Source: Paramoeba atlantica
Taxonomy: Eukaryota > Protista > Discosea
Length of the DNA: 64,000 nucleotides
Direction: 5' to 3'
Assembly: GCA_977017575.1 (NCBI GenBank)
Contig: CDRNVI010000073.1
Coordinates: 1-64,000 of the forward strand
Shown: in pieces, positions 34,436 through 46,389 of the stretch
Numbering within the stretch: the stretch's first letter is position 1
Layout of the letters: each line of letters begins with the position of its first letter
The notes under the pieces: model-generated
Seen by the model: the letters and a program-made list of their open reading frames with translations, nothing else
Database searches by the model: none
What the model was told of the DNA's origin: nothing
Translations under genes and position numbers: made by a program

Positions 34436-35507
34436 CGAAATATGAACCCCCTTTTCCCCACAATATTTCTCAAAATCTTTTTGTGCCTCAAGGGGTTTAT
34501 CTGACCTTTTGCAAATGTACCAAATGTTGCGTGCGTGGTACCCGCATTTTAAAAAAAAATCATCCGTCCACAGAATACGGGCGTATTAAAAAAGGGTGGG
34601 CCTCTCCAAACGATTTACCAACTACAGGCGGTTGAATTTGTGCTGAGGCGTAAGGTGAGGAACTTTTTCACATATTAAAGAGAGCATGGGTACTTGGTTT
34701 GATCGATTTGGCGGTGAACCCACCTCCAAGATGGACAGCCAATGGGACTACGTTGATTTTCTTCATCTACAATAGATCCTAACATTATTCGAAACTCCAC
34801 CTTATCAATTGCATTTTTACCTATATATTTTATACCTACGTCCTAACCCTCCTGTCTCCCGGTGGCGTTTAACCCATCCAGAGACAGTAGATTCACTGCA
34901 TTTCATAAGAGCAGAAGTGTCTGTAATTGAACGTCCCTGGTTTTGGACGTCATTGACGCAAATTACACGTGTTTCATAAGTGATTTGTTGCACCGAGAGG
35001 GTGCATAGTTTGATGCAATAAAATCCGAAAAAAGGATAAAAATCTAACTTTAGAAGAATAAAAATCTGAAGAGAGTGCTATTATAAACCGTTTCTGTAAT
35101 TCCATGTTCTGACTTTTTTTGTGACAGACCCCCTCCCTAGTTATCTGTCGCACACTGATCCGCCTAGTTATCTGTCGCACCCCTACACCCCCCCCCTAGT
35201 TATCTGTCACCTTTTCGCGAAAAGTAGTGACAGATAAGTAGGGGGGGGTACAGTACTATCCTAGTACGGATAGTACGGTAGTTAGTGCGTACTAGTACGA
35301 AAATAAAGGTCCGTACTAGATTTAGTACATCGTACCGTAGGCTCGGAAAGTGAAGTTTTGAGAAAGTGTGTTAATAGGCGTACATTTCACGTAGTATCAC
35401 GTTTGGGTTGCATATTTCGATTTTTTGACCTAAACTATGAAATATTGATATGCAGACTCAGCAAGGGTTGGGAGTGCCTTGGTCATGGGCGGAAAGAATA
35501 ATGATTA

Positions 35508-35896
35508 CTGCCCCCCCTTTATACTTCAGGGGGGGTGAACCCCCCCCTTTATATGTACCGTTTTCATTCAGATAAAAAATCAGCACCCCCCCTTTATACT
35601 TCCGGTCAAAAAACTACAGAGCGCGTGGTATGTACAGAGCAGCAATCCAAGAGAAGAATCAAGGCAGGTTTTGTTCAGTTTGTAAAATATGTCCCCCCAC
35701 ATGGCTTTTATACAAATGCCCACAGCGTTCATAAAGATATATCCCCAACCGAGTGAAAAAAATACTATAATCATGGTTTTGAAAACAATACGCCGCGAAG
35801 CGGCGCTCTTTCTTTTGAGGGGAGGAGATTTTTTACCCCCCCTATTTAGTGTTGAATTTTTCCGAATTTCACTCAAAACTAAATAGGGGGGGGCAG
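35508..35896. mobile_element. MITE of the CCCCCTTTATACTTC family
   Basis: TA-CTGCCCCCCC...GGGGGGGCAG-TA; left ~100 bp match the reverse complement of ~44370-44460. Confidence 0.65.
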
Positions 35897-36033
35897 TAAT
35901 TATGAATCCAAAAGTTTTATATTTTATAATTTAACTTTCCCTATTTACCTATTTAACCTTATTTACCCACTTATTTACCCACTTAGAAAGAGGGAAAGAG
36001 GGAAGAAAGAGGAAGAAAGGGGAAGACCTTTTA

Positions 36034-37256
36034 CCCCCCCCTACAGGTCTTGTATTTTGTCCGATTTTGGAAATATTTGGTATAACACCGTTTTTCGACC
36101 CAATCGTTCCGAATCCGAGATCCTTTTCACTCGAGCGACCCCCTACCCCCCCTAGCCAGGTAGGGGTCAAAAAAGCTAATTGCGACTTTTTTCGGGGCAT
36201 TTTTCCGAATTTTTCGGATGAATGTCAGTAGTAAAGTAGGTCAGAAGACATGGAAAAAGAGTACAAAGTAATCTCTAGCATTTAGTCATATGCCCTTTGG
36301 CCTCCTTGACCAAAAGTAAAGTTTACGATAGTTCCGGAAGATATTCAGAAGCACCCTGTTCTCCCTCAAAGATGAAGAAGAACAGACCGTAGTTATAGGA
36401 GTACCCCATCCACACCATTATCCCCCTCCCCCCAAAATGTTTTCCCCGCCAGTCCGATTGCCTCAGACGAGGTGCTCGCTTGCGACCGACGTAAAAGTCG
36501 GCATTTGACCCCGCACAGCAACTGAACAGTTTTTCGTAGGTAAAAACAGTGTTCAGGCAGTCAGCGTCACTCCACTTAAACATGTCCTTCACATACTTAA
36601 GACGGAGTTGAATGTGACGCGGTTTGAGACCAAGGTCTTTGGCCTTGCGAAGGCGCCGATAATCCTTAAAATTAACAGCTCGCCGGACACTACTCAGGGA
36701 GCCTCCGTGATTGCTTCGCACCTCGCGATGCACGACAGAGAACGTAGGACAACCCTCCACGGTATCCGACACTCTCCAGCACGCAGAAACACATGCTTCA
36801 ACGTACCTTTGTGTAAGGACCGTACGCACCCCCTCGCGAGGTGGAGTACTGACATGCCCGTGCTCCTCATACTTCCGCACCCAATACTTTACAGTCCTGG
36901 GGGCAAGTTTATGGAGTTTTGCGACTGCCTTATAGGACTTAAGTCGCTCGTCATCGATTACGAGTGCCGTGCGCATCTCGGGGCGCACGCGGGAGGAAGG
37001 TAAACACAGGGGGCGGTGCCTCTTCGTCATGAATAAATTCGTCACCAATAAATGTACCAATTTTGAAAAACAAATGTACTCTGTGAAAACAAAATCGACT
37101 TTTTTGCAGTTCTTTTTCGGTTTAGGTATGATACAGGTGTCCATGAGTGAAAAGGACCTCGGATTCGGAACGATTGGGTCGAAAAACAGTCCCATACAAA
37201 ATATTTCCAAAATCTGACAAAATAAAAGACCTGTAGGGGGGCGGGGGGGGGGGGGG
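36034..37256 (-). mobile_element. Tc1/IS630-family transposon with ~120-bp TIRs, truncated transposase
   Basis: Inverted CCCCCCTACAGGTCTT...CGACCCAATCGTTCCGAATCCGAG..CCTTTTCACTC at both ends. ORF has an HTH region (AVAKLHKLAPRTVKYWVRKYEEHG), VFTYEK (D to Y at the first catalytic Asp position) and IMVWMG, then truncates. Confidence 0.85.
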
Positions 37257-37280
37257 TAAAAGAGGCTGAACACTACTGTA

Positions 37281-37981
37281 CTTGGCGAGCTGGGCGGGAT
37301 GACAGCCAGCGCGGACATGCTCCTGCTGCAGCAAAGGCGAATGTACCTCGTTTCAAAGACTGTCCCATGAAGCTTCTAATGGTAGATCGTCCCGACACAT
37401 ATTCACTACAGCGTAATATACAGCGTATGTTGATTGTGTGCAAGAGGAACACGGAAGCAAACATTATGCCCTGCTTGTTTGGAGATTAGATGATTGATTT
37501 TTAGCTAGAATAATAGAAAATCAGCGCCGCGAAGCGGCGCATTTTTTTTGCCCCTTTTCCAAAACATTTGCTTCTCGGATTTTTCAAAAAATCAGACCCC
37601 CCCTTTATACTTCCAAAAGTACCGAAACCGTCGGAAGTATAAAGGGAGGGTGACATTACTTAGTAATTATAAATTGCCTGAAAATGCCAAAAAATGACGA
37701 AAAATAATTATTCCCTTAATTAGCGTTCCTTTAATTGCGGTGGATGTATAACTACCGCTCTACCCTCGATTATTGAAAAAAAAGTGAACAAAAACAATGA
37801 AAATATAAAGAGGAACACAGTGATATAATAGAAGAAAAAAATATAAAAGGGGGCTCTGGCGGTCCAAAACTGAAAAAAAAAATTGAAAAAAATGGGGGGT
37901 CCAGCGGGGAATCCAGGGGGGGGCATACAGTGCGCCCAGATAGTAAAGTTTTTTTTTGGTAGTTACCACCGACTTTGGGTA
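37281..37981. repeat. ~700-bp inverted duplication, partner 43174-43873
   Basis: Base-by-base reading shows the reverse complement of 43174-43873 with only a few substitutions. Confidence 0.9.
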
Positions 37982-38554
37982 ACTACTAAAAAGACCTTTA
38001 CTATTTGGGAAAACCGTTTTTTGGGACATTACTAACTGGGCGCACTGTACGCCGTTTTTTGAAATTTTCAAAATCTTGATTTTCGAAATCGAGCGCAGGG
38101 AAGTGGTAGAGTAGGCTGCAGCGATGACTTTCCATCCCCCCACCTGGGGGTACCCCCCCTGGTACGCGCAGGAGGGGTCCAACAAGGTCAAAAATTCCGA
38201 ATTTTTTGGTATGACCAAAAAATAAATTTGACCCAAGAAAAAGGAAAAATATCATTTTTCCAAAATCGGCTTCTAAAACGTAATTGGAGAGTTTGGGACC
38301 TCAGCTACCGTTTCACGACGTTTGTTTCGACAGATTCGCCTCCTGCCCCTGCTGGTAAGGCATCCGAAACGTCCCAAATTCGGGTTTGGATGAATCGAGC
38401 TTTTTCACGCAACAAAACTAGATTATTCATGACCTTTTGGCGATTTTGCTTTTTTAGGCTCCTCGTTAAACGCGGAGGTAGTTTTCAATGCGAAGCGCGC
38501 AGCATGAGTGACTTCTAAGTTGAAAACAACCACCGCGTTTAACGAAGAGCCTAA
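37734..38554 (-). mobile_element. Hairpin-ended element, subfamily A, full copy carrying a nested MITE
   Basis: Both termini present; long palindrome ends 38554, 91 bp upstream of LRR5. Confidence 0.78.
37928..38047. mobile_element. 120-bp Tc1-type MITE
   Basis: TA-CAGTGCGCCCAG...CTGGGCGCACTG-TA; other subfamily A copies show the empty site CATACG. Confidence 0.88.
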
Positions 38555-38645
38555 TTGGCGTTCCCTTATTTAATGTGTCTTTTAATGAATGTTTCCACGG
38601 TATTATCATTACATCACTTAGGCACGATATTAAATACTAACAACA

Positions 38646-39200
38646 ATGTTCGTCGCTCTCTTCACTCTGTTGGTAACAATACCGCCTCAACTTTATTTTG
38701 AGGACACAGCACCTCAGTTATCTCGATTAGGAAAACCCCTTGCGGCTATGTTGCCCGAAGAAATTTTGCTTGTTCAATTTATTTCCAATCTCACCAACAC
38801 AGACCGTAGTTGGCGAGCGACGAAGAAAAATATATTTTACAAGACAAAAGTTGTGTCAGCTTGCACGTGGAGGGGTGTTCAATGTACCTCGGAGTCCAAA
38901 GTACAAGGATTGTGGTGGAATTACTTCAGTCTGTCTGGAGAGCCAAACTGGCATTCTCTTCCGGCACATCTTCGTGATATTGATTTATCTTTTAATAGAT
39001 TGACCGGCGAAGTACCATTTTCTGTTCTCTCACCGAGCCTGCGGATACTCCATTTACAGAATAACCAGTTTGTTGGTGAATTACGCTTAAACGATCTTCC
39101 GTTCGGTATACGCAGCGCTGATCTGCAAAACAACGAATTCATCAAAACCAAGGGCTTCGCAGACAAATATCCGGAATCTCTCAAAGACCTTCACTATTGA
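38646..39200 (+). CDS. Short leucine-rich repeat protein (LRR5)
   Basis: SACTWRGVQC cap plus LRDIDLSFN/LRILHLQNN repeats; near-identical to LRR11. Confidence 0.88.
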   Translation: MFVALFTLLVTIPPQLYFEDTAPQLSRLGKPLAAMLPEEILLVQFISNLTNTDRSWRATKKNIFYKTKVVSACTWRGVQCTSESKVQGLWWNYFSLSGEPNWHSLPAHLRDIDLSFNRLTGEVPFSVLSPSLRILHLQNNQFVGELRLNDLPFGIRSADLQNNEFIKTKGFADKYPESLKDLHY

Positions 39201-39389
39201 AGTTATGAACCCTTTTCACGCAAACAAAATGATTCTACTGATATGCATTGTACACCATTGTAATAATTTTCAATGATTTGGAAAACATTTTTATGGGTCG
39301 ACTTTAATACGCTGCGTTTTATCACATAATACCGGGCAAAACAGGGGAACGGGGGTGTAGTGCAGAGGTTTTCTTAACCAATATTAACC

Positions 39390-39815
39390 AGGGCCATGGA
39401 TGCATGCTGGCAAATGGAGTCATGGTTCATGATGCATCATGGGCATCGGGGTCCCACAGAATCCACCACGGCTGGTGAGCAAGAGAGGTGCATAGAACAT
39501 CCTCTAGAACACGCATACAACGTGTTTGCTCGCCGTGTGGGAGACTTCCGGTATATGGAAGCCTCTTGAGCGCAGAAGTACCGGTGTCGCGTTTGTGCGA
39601 AGGGTGTGGCACGCCGCGTGGTCCCGTAGAAGGGTCCTGCAGCGCTCGGAGGACGGTTCCGAGCGGGGTGGTGGGAGATGAGAGAAGGGAGGCGCACCCC
39701 TACTTTGCGACAAGAGGGACAGTTCCTCTCCTAGCGCCATCCGGAAACGGGCATTAAAATAGTGAAAATATGCCCGTTTCCGGGAGAGTAAAGATGAGCT
39801 AGAAATAGATAGAAA
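39390..39815 (-). mobile_element. Partial copy of the SL-RNA-like element (SL exon absent or degenerate)
   Basis: Reverse complement matches ~26731-27150 (CTAGCTCATC...GGAACTGTCCCTCTTGTCGCAAAGTAGGGG...CATCCATGGCCCT). Confidence 0.8.
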
Positions 39816-40320
39816 TGTATCTTTATCACTTATGAGATGTACTCATGTTGACACATTACGATGGCAGGCGTCCTTTATCCGAAATGGGCTACGGCGTTTG
39901 TGTAGGCAAAGAAGTGGTAAGGCAAGGGGTATATAAAAAGCGAAGGGGTATATAAGGTAAGCAGAAAAAGAATATAATTTGAGGATAACTTGTTTATTTC
40001 TCTTTCCCAAATAAATTTTTTATCGCATGTGACGACGCTACACTAAAATATATTTTAAATAAAAAATATTTTTTTATCTGTTCTTGGCGATATTTTCATG
40101 AGCTTCCGCCCAAATAATCTTATTTGTGTCGATTGCTCTCTTTAAGTTTTTTAAGCGGAAGCTCGAAATTTTAACGTGCCTGTAACACCATAACATGCCT
40201 GTAGCACAATATCATGCCCTCTCGGCATGTTAACCTGTAGCGCCTTTTACTAGTTTACTAGTCCAAGCTATGACCAAATTGTTTCACCGGTAATGTTTTC
40301 ACGGTAAAATACTTTTATTT

Positions 40321-40971
40321 ATGACTGCTCTTGCTCATCTCCTGAAGCTACATCTTACAACGTTTGCTGTGATCCGCACTGCCGACTCGCACATGTCTAC
40401 GTCGCGTCCTTCTAAGGTGAGAAACACAGAACTTCCAGATGAATACAATCTGGAGCGTTTTCTTAGAAATGTGGGGAAGCAGCATGATTCGTGGAGGGTT
40501 GAGAATCCTGTTTCTATGTGGGATGGCGTCACATGTAACATGCTGGACATTGTGCATAGTATATGTATCTCGTGGACAAACCGCGACCTTACTGGAACTT
40601 TTCTGTGGGAATATATGCCGAAATCGACCGTTGCATTCGACGTTCAACAAAATAGACTAAGTGGTGAAGTGCGCTTCGAACTTTTGTCACCTAGTCTAGA
40701 ATCGCTCAATTTAGCTCAGAATCTGTTTTTCGGTCCTATTGATCTCAGATTTGCTCCGGGCGCTCTCACTGTGTTTTTCGGTGCGATGAATAAGTTCAGC
40801 GGCGAAGTTCTTCTTGGTAGTTTAAACCAAAACTTTCAGTATTTATACCTAATGAATAATCCGGATCTCAAAGGAACAATTTACAGATCTGAACTACCCC
40901 GTAGGCTTAAAACAACTGGGGTACTTCCGGGTCTTGATGTGGGAGGCACGAACATTAAACTAATTCCATAG
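40321..40971 (+). CDS. Short leucine-rich repeat protein (LRR6)
   Basis: SMWDGVTC cap plus LRR repeats; 5' end near-identical to LRR12. Confidence 0.88.
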   Translation: MTALAHLLKLHLTTFAVIRTADSHMSTSRPSKVRNTELPDEYNLERFLRNVGKQHDSWRVENPVSMWDGVTCNMLDIVHSICISWTNRDLTGTFLWEYMPKSTVAFDVQQNRLSGEVRFELLSPSLESLNLAQNLFFGPIDLRFAPGALTVFFGAMNKFSGEVLLGSLNQNFQYLYLMNNPDLKGTIYRSELPRRLKTTGVLPGLDVGGTNIKLIP

Positions 40972-41045
40972 AAGATTTCCACATCGATATATGAGTTTCT
41001 ATTATTGCGGAGCCTGGAATTGAAAAAAAGAGTGAATACGTCCAG

Positions 41046-42153
41046 ATTGCGGTGGTTGTATAACTACCGCTCTACCCTCGATTATTGAAAAAAAGTCAAC
41101 AAAAACAGTGAAAATATAAAGAGGAACACAGTAATATAAATTTAATAGAGCAAATAATTATTTTTAGTGGCTTCGTTAAACGCGGTGGTTGTTTTGAACT
41201 TAGAAGTCACTCATGCTGCGCGCTTCACGCTGAAAACTACCTCCGGGGGGTTTCCTACCCCTAGGGGTGGTCTGGACCCCCCATTTTTTTCAATTGTTTT
41301 TCAGTTTTGGGCCATATTCTTTTTATTATATTACTGTATTCCTCTTTATATTGAGGGAGATACTACTCCCTCGCTACCGTAGGTTAATTCGTCGTGCCCG
41401 ATTTGTGGCCCGATTTCGTGCCCGATATCGTTTCAGGTGAGTTTTCGAAAAAAATGTTTACAAAGACGTATGAATCGAATTTAGTGACAAGACCACTAGT
41501 TTTTCAACAATTCCGATGGGTTCCCCCTGCCCCCTCCCCTCCCCACCAGGGTGATCATAGCAATTTCTGAAATTTTGAAAAAAAAACTGAAAATTTATGG
41601 GTGAAAGTGAAAAATTATATTTTTCCCGAATCAACTCCTAGACTGCTTTTTGAGCGTTTGGAGCCTTCTATACCTGTATACGCTTTGGTTTCATTCGATA
41701 TTTCTCCACCCTGTGCCGGTAATTCACCTATAAAGGCCAAAATTTACCTGGAAGTGTGTGACACGCAAGGCCGTAGAGGAAGGAGGAGGCGCAAGGCAGA
41801 AGGCGGAGCCTTCTGTCTTTTTGCCGCGGCGACGACGACTTCTTCGCGTGGGAAGCTGTAAGATTTCCTAGTGGGCATCTTTCGATGGCTATGTAACCCA
41901 GGCTAAAGTGGACGAGGGAGATACTAAAGGCACCTTTGGCAAACTACCACAAAACTGGAACGGTATCTCCCGGTTTGTAGAGCACTCTGATGTGACAAAA
42001 GGGTCTTTAACGGGAGATACCGTTCCAGTTTTGTGGTAGTTTGCCAAAGGTGCCTTTAATATCTCCCTCGTCCACTTTAGCCTGGGTTTTCAATGTTTTT
42101 GTTCACTTTTTCAATTATCGAGGGTAGAGCGGTAGTTATACAACCACCACAAT
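41046..42153. mobile_element. Hairpin-ended element pieces: 3' fragment 41046-41138, and a deleted copy 41164-42153 split by an insertion (~41352-42088)
   Basis: Variant 5' end TTAGTGGCTTCGTTAAACGCGG at 41164; subterminal sequence breaks at CTCTTTATATT and resumes at 42089 to the 3' hairpin. Confidence 0.62.
41895..42088. repeat. Foldback element, 78-bp arms with one mismatch, 38-bp spacer
   Basis: AACCCAGGCTAAAGTGGACGAGGGAGATA...TCTCCCG / CGGGAGA...CTTTAGCCTGGGTT. Confidence 0.92.
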
Positions 42154-42365
42154 GTACGTTAAAGTGAAACTTTTCAGTAATTTTTAATTTTAATCCTTGA
42201 TATGAGTGATGTTTCTAGGATTATTTGCCGTTTGTTTGCCCATCACCCCTCCTGGGTCATGGGTGGGCATGGTCAAAGTTGGCAAAATTCAAAAAAAAAA
42301 TTGAACGGGGGTAGAAAATGGAAAAAAAAAGTTTATGAATTCCTATGTAAATTAATTTACATTTA

Positions 42366-42744
42366 TTAATACCCACCATGGTCTCCTTGAACGCTCTGCA
42401 CTATTCGCAAGCGTTTAGGTACTGAACTTAAACTATTTAAGACTTGGCGTCGATAATGGTGACGCTTAAGTATCAGAAAGGCTTTCTTTACTGCCTTCCG
42501 GAGCTGTGTTTCAGTCTCTAGCTTCAAAATTTCTTTCACAATTCGGTCCATTATTGACCAGACATTCTCGATCGGATTGAGGCCAGGAGAGAGTATATTG
42601 ACGGACAATTTCAAGGCGCTCTGGGAGTGTACATCGCGACGTTTTATGGGTAATAGTGGGTGTCTTATTTTTCGGCGAGTTGGAGTACTGGCCTTTAGTA
42701 GATTTAACGGGGGTGTCCCTCAAATTCATAGAATAAGAAACCAT
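42366..42744 (-). pseudogene. Tc1-family transposase C-terminal remnant
   Basis: SPGLNPIENVWSIMD...SVPKRLRIVQSVQGDHGGY. Confidence 0.8.
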
Positions 42745-43498
42745 ATTTGAATAAAAAGCTCCTAAATTCTTGAAATATTGGGACTTTTCGGTAAAATTAT
42801 GCTATTTTTTCGTATTTATTTCTATATATTTTTGACCCAGGGGGGGGGATGGGCAAACAAACGGCGGGAAATGCTCTAGTTTTTCGAGATCTGTTGGATG
42901 TCGAAGGAATTAGGTCAAAAGTTCTTACGGTGTGTTCTGGAGCCTGGGGGACCAGTACTTGGACTGTATACATGTACATGTATCTCCAAGTATCTGCAGC
43001 TACTGACAGCATACTCTCCAATGATCTAACCTGCAGTGTGATCTGCAATGTTGATTATTAACATCTACTTACGCAAAATACTGTCACCCCCCCCTTTATA
43101 CTTCCGCCGGTTTCGGTGCCTTTGGAAGTATAAAGGGGGGGTCTGACTTTCGAAAGTATAAAGTCGGGTGGTATACCCAAAGTCGGTGGTAACTACCAAA
43201 AAAAACTTTACTATCTGGGCGCACTGTATGCCCCCCCCTGGATTCCCCGCTGGACCCCCCATTTTTTTCAATTTTTTTTTTCAGTTTTGGACCGCCAGAG
43301 CCCCCTTTTATATTTTTTTCTTCTATTATATCACTGTGTTCCTCTTTATATTTTCATTGTTTTTGTTCACTTTTTTTTCAATAATCGAGGGTAGAGCGGT
43401 AGTTATACATCCACCGCAATTAAAGGAACGCTAATTAAGGGAATAATTATTTTTCGTCATTTTTTGGCATTTTCAGGCAATTTATAATTACTAAGTAA

Positions 43499-44462
43499 TG
43501 TCACCCTCCCTTTATACTTCCGACGGTTTCGGTACTTTTGGAAGTATAAAGGGGGGGTCTGATTTTTTGAAAAATCCGAGAAGCAAATGTTTTGGAAAAG
43601 GGGCAAAAAAAATGCGCCGCTTCGCGGCGCTGGTTTTCTATTATTCTAGCTAAAAATCAATCATCTAATCTCCAAACAAGCAGGGCATAATGTTTGCTTC
43701 CGTGTTCCTCTTGCACACAATCAACATACGCTGTATATTACGCTGTAGTGAATATGTGTCGGGACGATCTACCATTAGAAGCTTCATGGGACAGTCTTTG
43801 AAACGAGGTACATTCGCCTTTGCTGCAGCAGGAGCATGTCCGCGCTGGCTGTCATCCCGCCCAGTTCGCTAAGGAGGAGTTCGTCAATTTTTTCGCATCT
43901 CGACATGTTTGTCCTTGTGCAAACCCCATCGCGCTTGCGACTATGATAGATTTACTTTTTTCTGGAAAAATCCGATACCATTTTTCCGGATGGAGCGGAT
44001 GGTTCGAGATCAGACGCCGTACTTCTCGCTGATTTGTGGAGCACTGCTACTTTCATTTATTCTCGAATGACACGCATTCAACTTCTCCTACATTGTTGGG
44101 TTCTTTCCTTCCTGGGGTGAACCGACGGACACTTGTAATGTCGCAGGCTCCGCGCTTGAAACCATTATTTCGTTGGGAGGCCGAACGCGATGAAGAGGGG
44201 AATAAAGCTTAACCCACTGTGAGTATTGACATGGGAAAAAATACGGCAAATAATTTAAATGTATATCTAGCAATATCTCTACACACATCTCTAACGTTTA
44301 ATAAAAAAAATATAGAAAATTGTTGATTTATGTAGAAAATTTGTTGCTTCGCGGCGCATTTTTTTTGGGACCGGAAGTATAAAGCGGGGGTGCTGATTTT
44401 TCATCTGGATGAAAACGGAAAAAAAAAATTGACCCCCCTGAAGTATAAAGGGGGGGTGACAC
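43499..44462. mobile_element. Probable non-autonomous TIR element (GTCACCCyCCCTTTATACTTC termini)
   Basis: Inverted termini TGTCACCCTCCCTTTATACTTC / GAAGTATAAAGGGGGGGTGACA, with AAAAAAATGCGCCGC subterminally on both sides; another related terminus at ~43080. Confidence 0.55.
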
Positions 44463-44985
44463 TTCCTAAAACGAAAAATAGAATAAAAATCAGAAGTTTC
44501 ATCAATTTTTGCGCCACAAAGACAGGAGTGTGCACTGCAAAGGGAGGAAAACACTCATCAAATATTTTCAATAAGAAAATTAATTTTAAGTAATTTTAGA
44601 ATTAATTTTAATTTAGACTTTAAAAATTTTAATTAAGAATTTATTTTAGGTTTACATTTTACCGTCAAAGTGCTAATTAACAGAAGAAATATCATTGGGA
44701 TAGTAATTAACGGAATAATAATTAACGGAATATTTATCTTTTTTTAGATTTTCACCAAAATCTTCCCAAACATTTTAGCCAGTGAGCGGTCTGTTCATCG
44801 ACGAAATTCGAAGCACTTCTCTCCTGAAGAAACAAAAGCGACGTTACCACGAAAAGATGAATCGATTAAGCCGTATCAGCGGAGCGTTTCTCTTAACGTT
44901 TAAAGTTTTGTAGAAATTTAGTAAAAATCATTGGAATAGTAATTAACGGAATAATTTCAGCCCAAAAAAACATTCCGTTAATTTT

Positions 44986-45755
44986 TTAGTGGCTTCGTTA
45001 AACGCGGTGGTTGTTTTCAACTTAGAAGTCGCTCATGCAGCGCTCTTCGCGTTGAAAACTACCTTCGCGTTTAACGAATCCACTAAAAAAGAAAAATTCC
45101 CCAAACATTGTGAATAAACAATTTTTTCGGGCAAAACGGCCCGATTTTTCGGCGAAAATGGCGAAATTTTAACCGAAATTTAGGCCGTTTTTGATGCCTC
45201 ACCATTAGTGGTAGGAGGCGAATCTGTTGAAAAAAACGTCGTAGAATGGTAGCTGAGGTCCAAAACTCTTAAAATACGTTTTAGGAGTCCATTTCGGAAA
45301 AATAATATTTTTCCTTTTTTTTGGGTCAAAATCTTTTGTTTGGGTCATCCCAAATATTTCGGAAATTTTGACCTTGTCGGACCCCTCCTGCGCGTACCAG
45401 GGGCGGTCACCCCCAAGTGGGGGGGGGACTTCTTTAGGGGGACTTCTTTTAACTCTACCACTTCCCTGCGCTCGATTTTAAAAAGCAAAAAAATCGAGAA
45501 AAAATTGTGACGTACGCCCCCTGGACCTCCACCTGGACCACCCCCTGGATATGCCCCCCATGGACCCCCCCATGGACCCCCCATGTTTTTGAATTTGTTT
45601 TTTTCAGTTTTGGACCACCGGAGCCCCCTTTTATATTTTTTTCTTCTATTATATTACTGTGTTTCTCTTTATAAAATTTCTCTTTATTTTCACTGTTTTT
45701 GTTCATTTTTTTTCAATAATCGAGGGTAGAGCGGTAGTTATACAACGACCGCAAT
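44986..45755 (+). mobile_element. Hairpin-ended element, full copy, diverged A-type variant
   Basis: 5' palindrome TTAGTGGCTTCGTTAAACGCGG...CGCGTTTAACGAATCCACTAA; 3' GCGGTAGTTATACAACGACCGCAAT. Confidence 0.75.
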
Positions 45756-46389
45756 TATTATTATTGTTAATAACTTATTAACAATGCTTATTAATAATAA
45801 GCACTTTGACAGTAGTTTAATTTTTTAGGAAATTATTATTGTGTATGTTCTGAATGGATCATCCGCGCAACCATGCAGCGAAACTTCGCTCTCAAAAGCC
45901 TCCAACAAACTCGTCCCTTCTGGGATTTTTCACCTCGTATCGCACAGTTCTTGTGCTTACCACAAGCGTGTTCGCGTTTCTTACCATGGCTTACAACGTG
46001 CAAGAGCAGATGCACTCCGAAAGAAGGTGTGTAAAATGCAAAGCGCAACCTTATAGAGGTTGAAAAAGAAAACATGGCACAAACGTTGGACTACGATTTA
46101 AAACGCCATACTAGGCGTAGATCCATCTTTGCTTCTAGGCGAATTAGCACTAGACAATCTAGTTGAATTAAGATCGCGTCGTAAAATACTTTTTTATGGC
46201 ACGTTTATCCACTTTTGCACTACGTCTATTGTAAGAGTGGCGGTGCCAAAGATCTCTATGGAACCCTCTTATTATTACATATTTTTTGTTAGAAAACATT
46301 TCTCACTAAAGAAATTACCTAGTCATCAATTTCTTTTGTGCACTTCCTTTGATCAAACTGGCGAAAGCGTATACCTACGCTTAATAAAA

